A stretch of DNA of 64,000 bases from Planctomycetia bacterium (GTDB taxonomy: Bacteria; Planctomycetota; Planctomycetia; Pirellulales; Pirellulaceae). The stretch lies in assembly GCA_031412515.1 (NCBI GenBank), contig JANODD010000147.1, forward strand, positions 5,110 through 69,109. Direction: 5' to 3'. Positions 18,990 to 30,100 of this stretch are shown in pieces (positions within the stretch are counted from its first letter, which is position 1; each line of letters opens with the position of its first letter). The position numbers were made by a program, and so were the translations under genes. The notes beneath the pieces are model-generated. The model saw only the letters and a list, made by a program, of their open reading frames with translations. It made no database searches and had not been told where the DNA came from.

Positions 18990-19088
18990 AGTATTCACAC
19001 TTTCTATTTGTTTTAGGGGTAAAACACAGTACAAAACAACCGAGGTTAGGCTTAGGGCACCAAGGGTGATGCTTTAACACAAGAACAA

Positions 19089-19547
19089 TTAGCGTCGCTT
19101 GCTCATCATCGACAATCCAACTAGCAGGCCAGTCAAAACGCCACAGCCCAGTGCAATTGCGACTGATTCAAGCGGACGATTTGAAACCGTTTTAATTGTG
19201 GTTTCATATCCCCGCGAGGCTGCGTCGCTCACTTGCTCGTATCCACGTTGTGCTGCATCGCTCAACTGTTCGTAGTTGTCACGAACCACCTCTACAGCTT
19301 GGCTAGCATACTTCGACGCGTTATCAGAAATGTGCTGTCCCATATCTTTCGATGATCCAGCGGCATTGGTTAGAAACGATTCAACCCACTCGCGACTCTG
19401 ACCTGATTTGCGTTGAACGAGGCCGATGAGCTTATCCAAATTGCCTTCAAGACCAGAGAGTTCATCCCCGCTGATTTGGCTGAATTTCTCCTTTACGGCG
19501 CCGACAATCGTCTTCCAGTTTCCTTGCGCGTGTTCTTTGGTAATCAT
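19089..19547 (-). CDS. CsbD family stress protein with DUF883-like C-terminal TM helix
   Basis: QGNWKTIVGAVKEKFSQISGDEL...LIGLVQRKSG; RPLESVAIALGCGVLTGLL. Confidence 0.85.
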   Translation of the reverse strand: MITKEHAQGNWKTIVGAVKEKFSQISGDELSGLEGNLDKLIGLVQRKSGQSREWVESFLTNAAGSSKDMGQHISDNASKYASQAVEVVRDNYEQLSDAAQRGYEQVSDAASRGYETTIKTVSNRPLESVAIALGCGVLTGLLVGLSMMSKRR

Positions 19548-19613
19548 TATTTCAAACTCCTAAAAGGTGACCGGTATTGCGATTGAATTTAACCGAGGCT
19601 ACGCATGTCGAAA

Positions 19614-19628
19614 GCAAGTAAGATGCCA
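19614..19628 (-). promoter_or_regulatory. Candidate sigma54 promoter for the csbD-like operon
   Basis: Minus strand TGGCATCTTACTTGC, GG-N10-GC with TTGC. Confidence 0.7.
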
Positions 19629-19780
19629 AACAGGAGCAGTCGGCAAATTGAAGTGGTCGTTGGTTTAACAACTGGTGGATGATCGTTCGGTATGATTGCT
19701 TGCCGCGCAATGCGTGAAGTAAACAACCAAGCCCAGTTAAGAAGACTGCTCTAATTGGATTAATGTTGTAAATGAATGTT

Positions 19781-19819
19781 ACTTCGTTCACGCGCGGCCA
19801 GCTAGCGCCGTCGGCTCAC
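19781..19819 (-). repeat. REP-like family A, solo copy
   Basis: ACTTCGTTCACGCGCGGCCAGCTAGCGCCGTCGGCTCAC followed by AGTAC, the same flank as at 2968. Confidence 0.8.
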
Positions 19820-19892
19820 AGTACTGGCGGCTAGCTAGCACCGGATAACGCTGGGCGGCACGATCCAACCTAAAAGTCTCTGGACAAAATCA

Positions 19893-22800
19893 CTAAACGT
19901 CGCGAGGCTCTTGGATGCGGAACCATGCGACGTAGAGTGCAGGTAAAAACAAGAGTGTTAGAACTGTTCCAACAATAATGCCACCCATCATTGCATAAGC
20001 CATTGGTCCCCAGAAAACTTCCGAAGCAATTGGTATAAGCGCCAAACTAGCGGCGGCGGCTGTCAGCATAATCGGTCGCATCCGATGCTTCGTCGCTTCG
20101 AGCACTGCTGCCCACGCTTCCTTCCCTTCATGTCGCAACGTCTCAATCTGCACAATGAGAATCACTGAGTTGCGAATGAGAATGCCGATCAGTGCTAACA
20201 CACCAAGAATAGCCACGAAGCCGAGTGGTGCGCCTGTCGGCAGCAACGCAGCAACGACACCGATCAACCCCAGTGGTGCCACCGCTACGACTAGAAACAG
20301 GCGATGAAAGCTTTGAAGCTGGATCATCAAAATCGTAGCCATGGTGAACATCATCAAAGGCACGACAGCAATAATCGGAGCTTGCCCCTTGCCGCTCTCT
20401 TCGACCGCACCGCCCGTGACGACACTGTATCCCGCCGGCAGCGATTCAATGAACGCGTTCACGTCCGGCTCCAATTGAGTCACCACGGTCGCTGGCTGGA
20501 TTGTGCCTGGTACGCTGGCTTTAATCGTCAGCGTTGGAATTCGGCCTCGACGCCACATAGCAGGTTGCTCTAACTCGTAGCGAAATGTAGCGATAGCTGC
20601 CAGCGGTACCGTCTTGCCGTTCTTAATGGGCAGTTGGAGATTTTGAAGACTTTCGATCGATGAACGTTCACTAAGCTTGGCTCGCCCAACGACACTGACA
20701 AGGTAGATATTGTCGCGAATCTCTGTGAAGTTTGTTCCTCCAACGATGGCATTGAGGTTGCCAGCGATCGCTTCTGAAGTGATTCCTAACTGAGCCGCTT
20801 TGTCTTGCAGGATGTCAACCTTAAGGACTCGTCCCGGCTCATTCCAGTCATAAACGATGCTATCAATATTCGGATTTTCCCCAACCCTGGCGGCCAGTTG
20901 TTGCGACAGTGAACGAACCGTCTGGATGTCGGGACCGCTAACTCGATATTGAACAGGTCTGCCCACCGGCGGGCCAATATCGAGCAAGTGTACAAACGCG
21001 TCCGTACCAACAAATTCATCACTAATAATTTTTAGAAGTTTTGCACGCAAACGTTCTCGCGACTGGATGTCTTTCGTCACAATCACAATCTGACCGAAGT
21101 TCGGCGAAGGTGGCTGGACGTCGAAGGAAAGCATGAACCGCACGGCGCCTTGCCCGATGTAGGATGTCCAGCGTTCCACGTCAGAGTCACCAGCCAGCCC
21201 CTGTTGCTCGAAGCGATCCATCTCTTCTTTTGTTTGGAGAATCGATGCGTTCTGCCGAACCGTCCAATCGACGATCAGTTCGTTTCGATCTGAACTCGGA
21301 AAAAACTGCTGTTGGACGTACCCCATGCCGACCACCGAGCAAACAAACATTGCGATCGTTAGCGCGATCGTGATCCACCTCCAGCGCATGGCCGCAATCA
21401 GAATGCTTTCGAAACCTCGGGCAAACCAGCTCTTTTTATCGTGCGACTTGTGAATCGCTTTGGGTAACAGCGTTACGCCGAGAAGGGGTGCGAACAGAAC
21501 CGCAACGATCCAAGATACAATCAATGAGATGGCAATGACTACGAACAGTGTGTAAGTGAATTCGCCAGCAGCGCTGCCATTCAGTCCCACAGGAATAAAG
21601 CCAGCGATCGTTACGAGGGTTCCTGTCAGCATTGGGAAGGCGGTTGACGTATAAACAAAGGTGGCCGCTTTTTCGAGCGAGTCACCGACCTCCAAACGCG
21701 CTACCATCATTTCAACCGCGATCATCGCATCATCGACCAATAGTCCAAGCGCTATGATCAGCGCACCCAGCGAAATGCGCTGCAGCGAAATACCCAAGTA
21801 CTCCATCGCAATAAAAGTAATTGCCAACACGAGCGGAATGGTTAGCGAAACGACTAACCCAGCCCGGACTCCGAGACTGACAAAACTCACTGCCAGTACA
21901 ATTCCCACGGCTTCAAAAAGAGCTTTGGTAAAACCACCGACTGCTTCTTCGACAAGCGTAGGTTGATCTGAGACTAAATGAATACCAACTCCAATCGGCA
22001 GATCCGCTTCGATCTTGTCCATTTCCAACTCGACAGCTTCGCCAAACTTTAACAAGTTTGACTTCGGTTTCATGCCGATGGCTAAGCCGATTGCAGGCTT
22101 GCCCTTATAGCGAAACAAGGCTCGCGGTGGGTCGACATAGGCTCGGCGAATGGTAGCAACATCTCGGAGTCGAAAGAAGCGATCGTTGACCCGCAAATTG
22201 ATTGCTCGCAGGTCTTCTTCGGACGTAAACTGGCCGCTGACTCGGATGCTAATTCGTTCTCCATCGGCCTCGACGACTCCCGATGGCGTAATCGCATTCT
22301 GCGATTGAATCGCGTCGACGACGATCCCTTCGGTCAGTCCCAGAGCAGCCAATTGGCGAGTCGAGAATTCAAGGTAGACAACTTCATCTTGCGTCCCAAG
22401 CAGCTCAACTTTTCCAACATTGGGAACGGTCATGATTTTAGCTCGCGCCGTTTCAACGTAGTCGCGCAGTTGTCTTTCACTAAGTCCATCGGAGGTGAAG
22501 GCAAAGACGTTTCCAAAGACATCGCCGAAGCCATCGTTAAAAAACGGACCGACCACACCGCTTGGAAGTTGACCGCGAATGTCGCTGACCAGATTGCGAA
22601 CGCGAAGCCAAGCACCGGGTACTTCCTCAGGCTTGGTGTTCTCCTTCAGGTTTACAAATATCGTGGTTTCGCCGGGGCGAGTCAAACTACGAGCGAAATC
22701 AAACTGAGGAATCTCTTCGACCTTCTTCTCGATTCGGTCGGTCACTTGACTGACCATCGTTTCAAGCGTGGCACCAGGCCAATACGCGTAGACCACCATC

Positions 22801-22940
22801 GTCTTGATCGTAAAGTCAGGATCTTCTTCGCGGCCGAGATTGAAATACGAAAACGCTCCAAGGATGGAAGAGACAAGCATGAAGTACCAGACCAGCGAGC
22901 GATGCTTGAGCGCCCAATCGGAGAGGTTAAAGTCCTTCAC
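19893..22940 (-). CDS. RND efflux permease (AcrB/AcrD/AcrF family, TriC/MexW-like); probable GTG start 22940
   Basis: FNLSDWALKH, GREEDPDFTIK, ALGLLVDDAMIAVE, RMRPIMLTA; GTGA overlap with the upstream MFP stop codon. Confidence 0.95.
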   Translation of the reverse strand: MKDFNLSDWALKHRSLVWYFMLVSSILGAFSYFNLGREEDPDFTIKTMVVYAYWPGATLETMVSQVTDRIEKKVEEIPQFDFARSLTRPGETTIFVNLKENTKPEEVPGAWLRVRNLVSDIRGQLPSGVVGPFFNDGFGDVFGNVFAFTSDGLSERQLRDYVETARAKIMTVPNVGKVELLGTQDEVVYLEFSTRQLAALGLTEGIVVDAIQSQNAITPSGVVEADGERISIRVSGQFTSEEDLRAINLRVNDRFFRLRDVATIRRAYVDPPRALFRYKGKPAIGLAIGMKPKSNLLKFGEAVELEMDKIEADLPIGVGIHLVSDQPTLVEEAVGGFTKALFEAVGIVLAVSFVSLGVRAGLVVSLTIPLVLAITFIAMEYLGISLQRISLGALIIALGLLVDDAMIAVEMMVARLEVGDSLEKAATFVYTSTAFPMLTGTLVTIAGFIPVGLNGSAAGEFTYTLFVVIAISLIVSWIVAVLFAPLLGVTLLPKAIHKSHDKKSWFARGFESILIAAMRWRWITIALTIAMFVCSVVGMGYVQQQFFPSSDRNELIVDWTVRQNASILQTKEEMDRFEQQGLAGDSDVERWTSYIGQGAVRFMLSFDVQPPSPNFGQIVIVTKDIQSRERLRAKLLKIISDEFVGTDAFVHLLDIGPPVGRPVQYRVSGPDIQTVRSLSQQLAARVGENPNIDSIVYDWNEPGRVLKVDILQDKAAQLGITSEAIAGNLNAIVGGTNFTEIRDNIYLVSVVGRAKLSERSSIESLQNLQLPIKNGKTVPLAAIATFRYELEQPAMWRRGRIPTLTIKASVPGTIQPATVVTQLEPDVNAFIESLPAGYSVVTGGAVEESGKGQAPIIAVVPLMMFTMATILMIQLQSFHRLFLVVAVAPLGLIGVVAALLPTGAPLGFVAILGVLALIGILIRNSVILIVQIETLRHEGKEAWAAVLEATKHRMRPIMLTAAAASLALIPIASEVFWGPMAYAMMGGIIVGTVLTLLFLPALYVAWFRIQEPRDV

Positions 22941-24019
22941 TGCATATCTCCTGCGTTCCACCGAATCGATTTTCCCTCTTTAAGACTATGTACGCCAGCG
23001 GTCACTACATACTCACCCGCCTGAATTCCTTTCTCAATCTGAGCTCCACTTTCATCTCGACTAAAAACACCCACCTGTTTTCGGTGCACTTGTTTGTTTG
23101 CTTGGTCCACGACCCACACAAAGGTTTGGCCTCCTTCCTCAAGGAGAGCGGATGCGGGCACTCGAATTTGATCTTGCAGAACGACCTTCGGAATCGCTGA
23201 AATCGTGGCACCCATGCGAAAGGCTTCGGCGGGTTCGCGAAGGGCGATTCGAATGCGGCGAGTTCGGGTCGCCGCGTCCGCCTGAGGGGCAATTTCACGG
23301 ACTTCACCGGTTGTTTCAACATTAGCGCTGACTTGCAGAATGACACGGAATTCATCGCCTATCGTTAGCGCCGCGGCAACTTCCTCACCGAGATCGACGA
23401 CCGCTTCGCGGAGGTCAGGGTTGGCGATAGTGATCACTGATTGGCCAGCGGCCACAGTCTGGCCCGTCTCAGCGTACACGCCCATAACGACGCCGTTCAT
23501 ATCGGCAGTCAGCGCCGCGTAGCTGAGTTGCTCAGTGGCTTTGGCTAACGCCTCTTCAGCTCGAGTCACCTCAGCCAAAGCGGCTTCGTTGGCTTGCTTG
23601 GCCGCATCAAAAGCCGCTTGCGAAGTAATCTTCCGCTGCATCAAATCGGTTTGACGCTTTAAGTTGGTTTCTGAGTTCACTCGCTGGGCTATAGCACTCG
23701 AAAGGGTAGCCTTCTGAGATCGAACTGCGATCTCAAGTACCTCAGGGTCGAGAGCCGCGAGGCGCTGACCAGCTTTGACGAATTCACCTACGTTAACATC
23801 CCGGGTCACAATTCTCCCAAGGACTCGAAAACCGAGATCGGTACGGTAACGCGGTTCAATAGTGCCAGTGTAACTATCCGCCGGTCCGCTCTGTGGCGTA
23901 GCAATCATCGTCAGAACAGGACGAATTGGTTCGTGCTTCGCGACTGCTTTCTTCTTTTCAGTGTGGCAACCCATGAACAGGAAACACAGTCCACAGATCA
24001 ATGCAAGATAATAGATCAT
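22937..24019 (-). CDS. RND periplasmic adaptor (membrane fusion protein) 2
   Basis: Lipobox-like LFMGC, DLGFRVLGRIVTRDVNVGEFVKAGQRLAALD, LTADMNGVV. Confidence 0.92.
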   Translation of the reverse strand: MIYYLALICGLCFLFMGCHTEKKKAVAKHEPIRPVLTMIATPQSGPADSYTGTIEPRYRTDLGFRVLGRIVTRDVNVGEFVKAGQRLAALDPEVLEIAVRSQKATLSSAIAQRVNSETNLKRQTDLMQRKITSQAAFDAAKQANEAALAEVTRAEEALAKATEQLSYAALTADMNGVVMGVYAETGQTVAAGQSVITIANPDLREAVVDLGEEVAAALTIGDEFRVILQVSANVETTGEVREIAPQADAATRTRRIRIALREPAEAFRMGATISAIPKVVLQDQIRVPASALLEEGGQTFVWVVDQANKQVHRKQVGVFSRDESGAQIEKGIQAGEYVVTAGVHSLKEGKSIRWNAGDMQ

Positions 24020-25191
24020 GAATTCTTTCTTGGGATTGCATTTACTTTTTGGCCAGGCCGTATGAGTTGCACTCCATCAGTAACTACCACATCACCCTCT
24101 TTTAAACCGTCGCCGACGAGGATCATGCCAGATACGAAGCTATGAATGGTGACGGGCCGCTCTGACACAGTGCTTGAAGCGGGATCAACGACCCACACTA
24201 CAGCTTGATTCCCCTGTCGATAAAGAGCCGTCCAGGGGAGCATCACAACATTGGAAGATTGGAATCTAGCGACTCCGGTAACCGGCGCCCCTAGTGTCAT
24301 TTGAGAAGGAACTGAGCTGATGGCAACTTTAACCCGTACTGTTCCACTGGCGGGATCAATCGAAGGAGCGATTTCACGTAACAGTCCGGTTGTTTTGACT
24401 GCGGGGTTTGATACCAGCGTAATATCAATCAGATCATCAACCGGTCGCTCGGCAACGTGGGTCTGAAAGGCATCAAAGACCGCTTCGCGGTCGCCGTCGA
24501 CAGCGAGCGTGAAAACAGGTTGGGCAGGGGCAACCACTTGGCCAATTTCAGCGTAGCGAGCAATAATAACGCCGGCAGCATCGGCTTTGATCTCAGTGAA
24601 AGCGAGCTGGCTTTCAGCGGCAGATACTTGCGATTTACCGATCTCCACCGAACTTTGAGCTGCCAGGAAAGTCGCCTTAGCATCGTCATACTCTTCTTGC
24701 GAAGCGGCTCGACTGGCCAACAACAAGGCAAGGCGTTCTATATTGGCTGAGGCTTGCTGGAGTGTCGCCTCAGCCGATCGCAGGGCTGCTTTGGCGGCTG
24801 CCAGGTCGGCTTGCTGTACTTGCGTATCGAGTGTGGCCAAAACGACGCCCGCTGGAACGTGATCGCCAATATCGTATTTTCTTGAACTGATGCGACCACC
24901 CATGCGGAACCCCAAGTCGCTTTGCACGCGAGCGCGAAACTCGCCAGTCAACGAGGCAGTGCGAGCATGCGAGACGATCGTCGCTACCTGAGTTCTAATA
25001 GCCAGGGACGACTCTTGATCGGCGATGCTCTTTTTTCCACAGCCGACCAAGTTCATTCCCAAAAAAAAAGCTGCAGACCAAAACAAGGGGGACCAAAATT
25101 GGAGAGCAGGAACTGATGGCATAAGGATCGAGCAATCAAATATCAGTGGCGTGGTTGTCAAATCAAGTTTCAGCGTGGCCCTATTCAACAC
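24016..25191 (-). CDS. RND periplasmic adaptor (membrane fusion protein) 1; true start probably near 25122
   Basis: Lipobox-like LVGC, DLGFRMGGRISSR, IKADAAGVII, GLKEGDVVVTDG. Confidence 0.92.
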   Translation of the reverse strand: MLNRATLKLDLTTTPLIFDCSILMPSVPALQFWSPLFWSAAFFLGMNLVGCGKKSIADQESSLAIRTQVATIVSHARTASLTGEFRARVQSDLGFRMGGRISSRKYDIGDHVPAGVVLATLDTQVQQADLAAAKAALRSAEATLQQASANIERLALLLASRAASQEEYDDAKATFLAAQSSVEIGKSQVSAAESQLAFTEIKADAAGVIIARYAEIGQVVAPAQPVFTLAVDGDREAVFDAFQTHVAERPVDDLIDITLVSNPAVKTTGLLREIAPSIDPASGTVRVKVAISSVPSQMTLGAPVTGVARFQSSNVVMLPWTALYRQGNQAVVWVVDPASSTVSERPVTIHSFVSGMILVGDGLKEGDVVVTDGVQLIRPGQKVNAIPRKNS

Positions 25192-25579
25192 GGCCTCTCA
25201 CAATTGCACATGATAGCATATCGTAACTTCTACCCCAACAACGACGGGTGACCACCCCACTACCGAAAGATACTTTGGGCAAAAAATGGTTGGGCAATAA
25301 AAGTAAAACAAGCGTTGATGCTTGAAAGATTTGGCGCTGGCGACTGAGCCCTTGTTCGTACGGGCCTAGTATCGAAAGTAGGTCTTGTCCCATTATGTTT
25401 TTTGCACAATGACTTTTTGCCCGCTCTGTCACTTAGCAGCCACCACTCCAACAGCTCAAAGCGAGTGACACAAACGTTAGAAATCTCCCCAACAACCTGT
25501 GGTTGAGCTATAATTGCTACTCTTGACGCTCTTTTCGGCCCGTTTGTTCGGTTATTCACTTTTCTGTTGGGAAATCCTC

Positions 25580-25849
25580 ATGGCTCAAGCGATCGTTGAC
25601 CCGGAGCAATTACGCCAATTTGCTGCTTTATTGAAACGCTATAGCCAAACCGTACGCGACTCAACGACTACGCTCAACCAATCCTTGTCACGACTTTCTG
25701 AATCATGGCGTGACCAAGAGCACCGCAAATTCTCGGACGAATTCGAGGAACAGATTAAATTGGTTTCCAAACTGCTAGAAATGACCGATAAACACATTCC
25801 GTACTTGGTCAAAAAAGCAGAGATCATCGAGCAGTACCTACAACGCTAG
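25580..25849 (+). CDS. WXG100 family (EsxA/EsxB-like) protein, 89 aa
   Basis: MAQAIVDPEQLRQFA...SESWRDQEHRKF; helix-turn-helix hairpin of WXG100 size with central W-R-D. Confidence 0.85.
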   Translation: MAQAIVDPEQLRQFAALLKRYSQTVRDSTTTLNQSLSRLSESWRDQEHRKFSDEFEEQIKLVSKLLEMTDKHIPYLVKKAEIIEQYLQR

Positions 25850-25951
25850 GCCGAACATCAATCGAAGTTGTTGTAGCTGGTTTCGTGAGAAACCGGATAC
25901 TGCAAAAGTGGTCTGCTGGTTCGTCCGGCTTCTCACGAAACCAGCTACAAG

Positions 25952-26554
25952 ATGAGGGACTTAGTTATGTCGTCAGCCAATGTTCGATCTCTCGAGAGAT
26001 TAGAAGGCTTTTTAGACCATTGCCAAACAACTCGCGTGAAGTTATTGCAAGAACTGGAAAATCTCCAAATCGAATTGCAGCGGCTTACTTCGTGGTTAGA
26101 GAACGATGCAGCCCGCTACTGGGCCGGTGAACTTCAGCAAGCCCAGCGAGACTGGGTTGAATGCGAACAAGCGTTGTTGCGCTGCCGATCCGCCGTGCGA
26201 GCGAACGAACAGCGTCCGTGTACCGAACAACGCAAGCGTCTTGAACAGGCGACCGAACGACGAACTCTTTGCGAACACCAAGTTAAATTTATTCGCGACG
26301 CATCGTTGATGTGGCAACGTGAGAAGACGAAAGCCGAAGCAAAGATTTTTCGATGTCGCGATTTGGCGGATACGGATTTGACAGTTGCTATCCACAAATT
26401 GAAAGAACAACTTGGTCGACTCGAAGAGTATTCCACCATACGGTCTGGCGCGGTCACTCACATCGACGCCACGAAAGCAGATAAAGCCGTCGAAAGCGAT
26501 TCACAAAAAACGGATGAGTCAACTAACGATGCTGCACAGGATCCAACGCCATGA
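25952..26554 (+). CDS. Coiled-coil protein with W-A-G motif, T7SS-locus associated
   Basis: RYWAGELQQ, long amphipathic helices, ATGA overlap with the next gene. Confidence 0.7.
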   Translation: MRDLVMSSANVRSLERLEGFLDHCQTTRVKLLQELENLQIELQRLTSWLENDAARYWAGELQQAQRDWVECEQALLRCRSAVRANEQRPCTEQRKRLEQATERRTLCEHQVKFIRDASLMWQREKTKAEAKIFRCRDLADTDLTVAIHKLKEQLGRLEEYSTIRSGAVTHIDATKADKAVESDSQKTDESTNDAAQDPTP

Positions 26555-26793
26555 GACGCATTAGCCACGACATGTCCGGCATCTCCCAACGACTGAATCA
26601 TATTAAAGAGGCATTCAGTGAGGAAGTTGGCGAGGTATCCGAAGTTTGGTTGGACGCTAAAGGTCGCGTGTTCCTTCAGCAACATGTAGCTGCGATCCAG
26701 CCGACAATCGGCCAGTTGATTGGCGCCATCCATGAAGCGACGGAGTTGTTTGAAAACATTGCGAAGAAATTACGAGATCCGAAGAACAGTTAA
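26551..26793 (+). CDS. WXG100-like small helical protein, 80 aa
   Basis: VSEVWLDAKGRVF with central Trp; size and position between WXG100 and FtsK genes. Confidence 0.65.
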   Translation: MRRISHDMSGISQRLNHIKEAFSEEVGEVSEVWLDAKGRVFLQQHVAAIQPTIGQLIGAIHEATELFENIAKKLRDPKNS

Positions 26794-26851
26794 CGGTCGA
26801 TGAAAGAAATTTTTTAATGGGAATTGCCCCTGAATAAGTTATGCAAAGCAA

Positions 26852-27050
26852 GTGAGCCGACAGCGCTAGCTGCGGAGTGGTAAGTGAGCCGACAGCGCTA
26901 GCTGCGGGTTTCGAAGGAGTGGACTATCGCTGACCAAAGTTGTCCAATTTACAATTTCGACCGCGAGTCGTTTGCCATTAGCCGGTTGAAATTTGTGTTA
27001 CGTCGCTGACTTCGAAACCCGCGGCTAGCGTCCTAGCGCCGACGGCTCAC
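26852..27050. repeat. REP-like family A inverted pair (two + copies, one - copy)
   Basis: GTGAGCCGACAGCGCTAGCTGCGG at 26852 and 26884; ACTTCGAAACCCGCGGCTAGCG-TC-CTAGCGCCGACGGCTCAC at 27009-27050. Confidence 0.85.
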
Positions 27051-27109
27051 TATACTACGATACTAATACAAAAAAATTGAGACAATTGTTCGACACTAAG
27101 CAGGCCACC

Positions 27110-30100
27110 ATGATCGACTCCAATCCAAGATTACTGCCCCGGCAACGACTCGAAAAACTTGTTCACGGTCTGCGAGAACGACTCAGCAGCGGCGCGGAGA
27201 AAATTTCGGCTGAGGTGGACCAGATCGCCGCGACGATGAAAGAGGCTGAGGCACTGCAGCAAGAGCAAATTGCTCAGTTGCAAGGCGAACGAAGTGCGAA
27301 GGAAAAGGCAACGATTAACGATTGGGATGAAACGCTTCACTCTCGATGGGATGACGCTGAGCTTCGATCTTTCAAAGCTGTTTTCGAAACGTCGGCCCGT
27401 GAAGGACAACTCCGCCAGGATACTCGCAAACGCTCGGATCAAGTCAATATCGATGCCAAAAAACGCATCGCTGAAATTGAGCAGAGATTTCTTCGCGCCA
27501 AAGATGTACCGATCCGAAGACTGCACGAATACCGAGCCAACAATTTGAATTTCATGGGCGAACTGATCGAGGTAGAGCGTGCCGCCGATGCCGCGTTGGC
27601 TCAACATAGCCTGCGGGCTCCCAATGTTCAACCGCCTGAATTGCAGTATGAAAAACCGCAGTCCGCTGACGATTGCTTGCGAATGTTGCGAGCAGCCATC
27701 GCAGACGCCAAAGTCCATTTCGATCGCCTGACCAACCATCCATTGATTCGTTTTTTCGAGTCGATCTGGTTGTGGTTGATCGCCGCGGCTTTTTTTGTAT
27801 CCGTCACGGTTGCATTGGGACTCAGCGGTGTCGTCGTCTGGTTGTTTGCAGTACTGGGTGGCGCAGTGGCCACTGTAGCACTCATGTTGATCAGTCTGCT
27901 GGGCATTCGTCCTTGGCTCAAACGTATTGCCGCCGCCGAATATCCGCGTGTCAAACAGCAGGTGGCTCACGGTCGCGCTCTCCATGACCTCGGTGCCGAG
28001 TTGGCGACAAATGAAAACGACGCGGAACTGAAACGACTCGCAATGAAACGTGACACGCGATACAAACAAACTGAAAAGTGGCGGATTTTAGAATTAAATG
28101 AGCTGTCGCGGCGATTAGCCGAAGATCTTGAAAAGCTGCGACTGCATGCAGAACAGCAAAAGCAGGCCGCCAGTCACCAGCTAACGACCGACCGCGATTC
28201 CACCACTCAGCGTTTCACACTGCAGCTTGAACAACTCTCGCAACAAGCCCTTAGCCGCGAACAAAATCTAACCCAGGCTGGCGTCCAACGTCGCAACGAT
28301 TTTTTAGCAGCGATGGATCGCTTGAATCGCGGGGGAGTACTGCGTTTACGCACAGCAACTCAAAAGGCGATCAAAACGGTTGAACGCAGTCGCCGATGGT
28401 GCAGCGTTCACTTTCCAGACTGGCAATCTTGCCAGTGGTCGGCTGATTCGTGGCCAGAGCAACTTGATGAACCCATGTTGCCCCTCGGGAACTTGCCGCT
28501 TGATTCCCTTCTTCCTGAAAACCTTCAGGCTGATGCAGGGAATGACTTGGATGCCCCCGTCTATTTCGCACCGCTGACCGATGGCTACTTAACGATCACA
28601 GGCGATCCTAAACTGCCTATTGTTCAGCAGACGGTACGAAACCTGATACTTCGTTCGTTGACAACTTTGCCAGCCGGTCGAACTCAAGTGTGTGTCATCG
28701 ATCCGCAAGGTCTGGGGCGAGATTACGGTTGGCTGATGCACTTGGGTGACTACGACCCACAACTGGTATCGCATCGTGTTTGGACTCAACCTGGCCATAT
28801 TGCCAAACAAGTCCAAATGCTTGCGCAGGCCGCCGAGGATTTTATTCAACAATCGCTCCGCAATCAGTATCGCAATATCGTCGAATACAATCGCGACGCA
28901 GGTGCACTGGCAGAACCCTTCCGGTTGCTCGTCTGGACATCGATGCCCGTTGGCTTGGACGATCAGTCTTGGAAAGCCCTGCAGAGCCTGCTAGACACGG
29001 GCACTCGCTGCGGCATCATTCCAATTTTCTTGATCGATCCGGCCGCACCTTGGCCATCGGCAGATCACAAGAACATGGTCATGCGTCGCGGGTTGCATTA
29101 CACGGTCAGCGAAGATGGCAAATCGCTTCAACCCATGTCCGAATCAAAAGCGAAGTTGCCCATTCGTCCCATGCCATTGCCGGACGAAGCCCATGCACAA
29201 ACGGTGATTCATGAAGTCGGTCGCCGTGCACTTTTGGCAAGCCGAATCGAAGTACCACTGGACCGTATCGTTCCAGCACCTGATCAGCGCTGGCAGGCAG
29301 ATAGTTCCAAGTTCCTTGAGATTCCCATCGGGCAAAGCGGTGTTGGTCGCACGCACTCTTTGAAACTCGGCGTTGGGACAGCTCAGCATGCGATCATCGC
29401 CGGTAAAACTGGCTCCGGCAAATCTTCGATGTTGCACGCGATTATCTCCAGCGCCGTACTCAAGTATTCGCCTGAGAACCTCCGGCTGGTGCTACTCGAC
29501 TTCAAGAAAGGGGTCGAGTTCCAAGTCTACTCCGACAATCAATTGCCGCATGCGGACATCATCGGCATCGAGAGTCATCGTGAATTCGGCTTGAGTGCAC
29601 TTGAGTATGTTGACGGATGTATGCAGCGCCGGGGCGAAATGTTTCGCAGTCGTGGGGTGCAGGATATCGCTAGTTGGAATGCGGCGGTACCTGATCAGCA
29701 TCTGCCACGAATGTTGATTGTCGTCGACGAATTTCAAGAGCTTTTTGTTGAAGATGATAAACTCTCCAATCAAGTCAGCCTGATTTTAGATCGCATCGTC
29801 CGTCAAGGCCGATCATTCGGCGTCCACGCAATCCTAAGCAGTCAAACACTAGCCGGTGCGTATTCGTTGCCTCGGACAACGCTTGGTCAAATGGGCGTGC
29901 GTATTGCGCTGCAGTGCGACGCTTCGGATGCTCAAATTGTTTTCGCTGAAGACAATCCTGCCGCAGCAAGACTGAAGAATCCAGGCCAAGCGATCTATAA
30001 CGACGCGGGCGGGCGCATTGAAGGAAACCAACCGATGCAGATCGGTTGGCTGAGCAAGTCCCAGCAGCAAAAGTGGTTGGCTGAGATCGGCAACGGATAC

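Noticed and set aside
22305-23024. 239-aa plus-strand ORF
   Set aside because: Antisense shadow of the RND gene with no recognisable motifs.
27131-28069. 312-aa minus-strand ORF
   Set aside because: Antisense shadow of the FtsK coiled-coil region.
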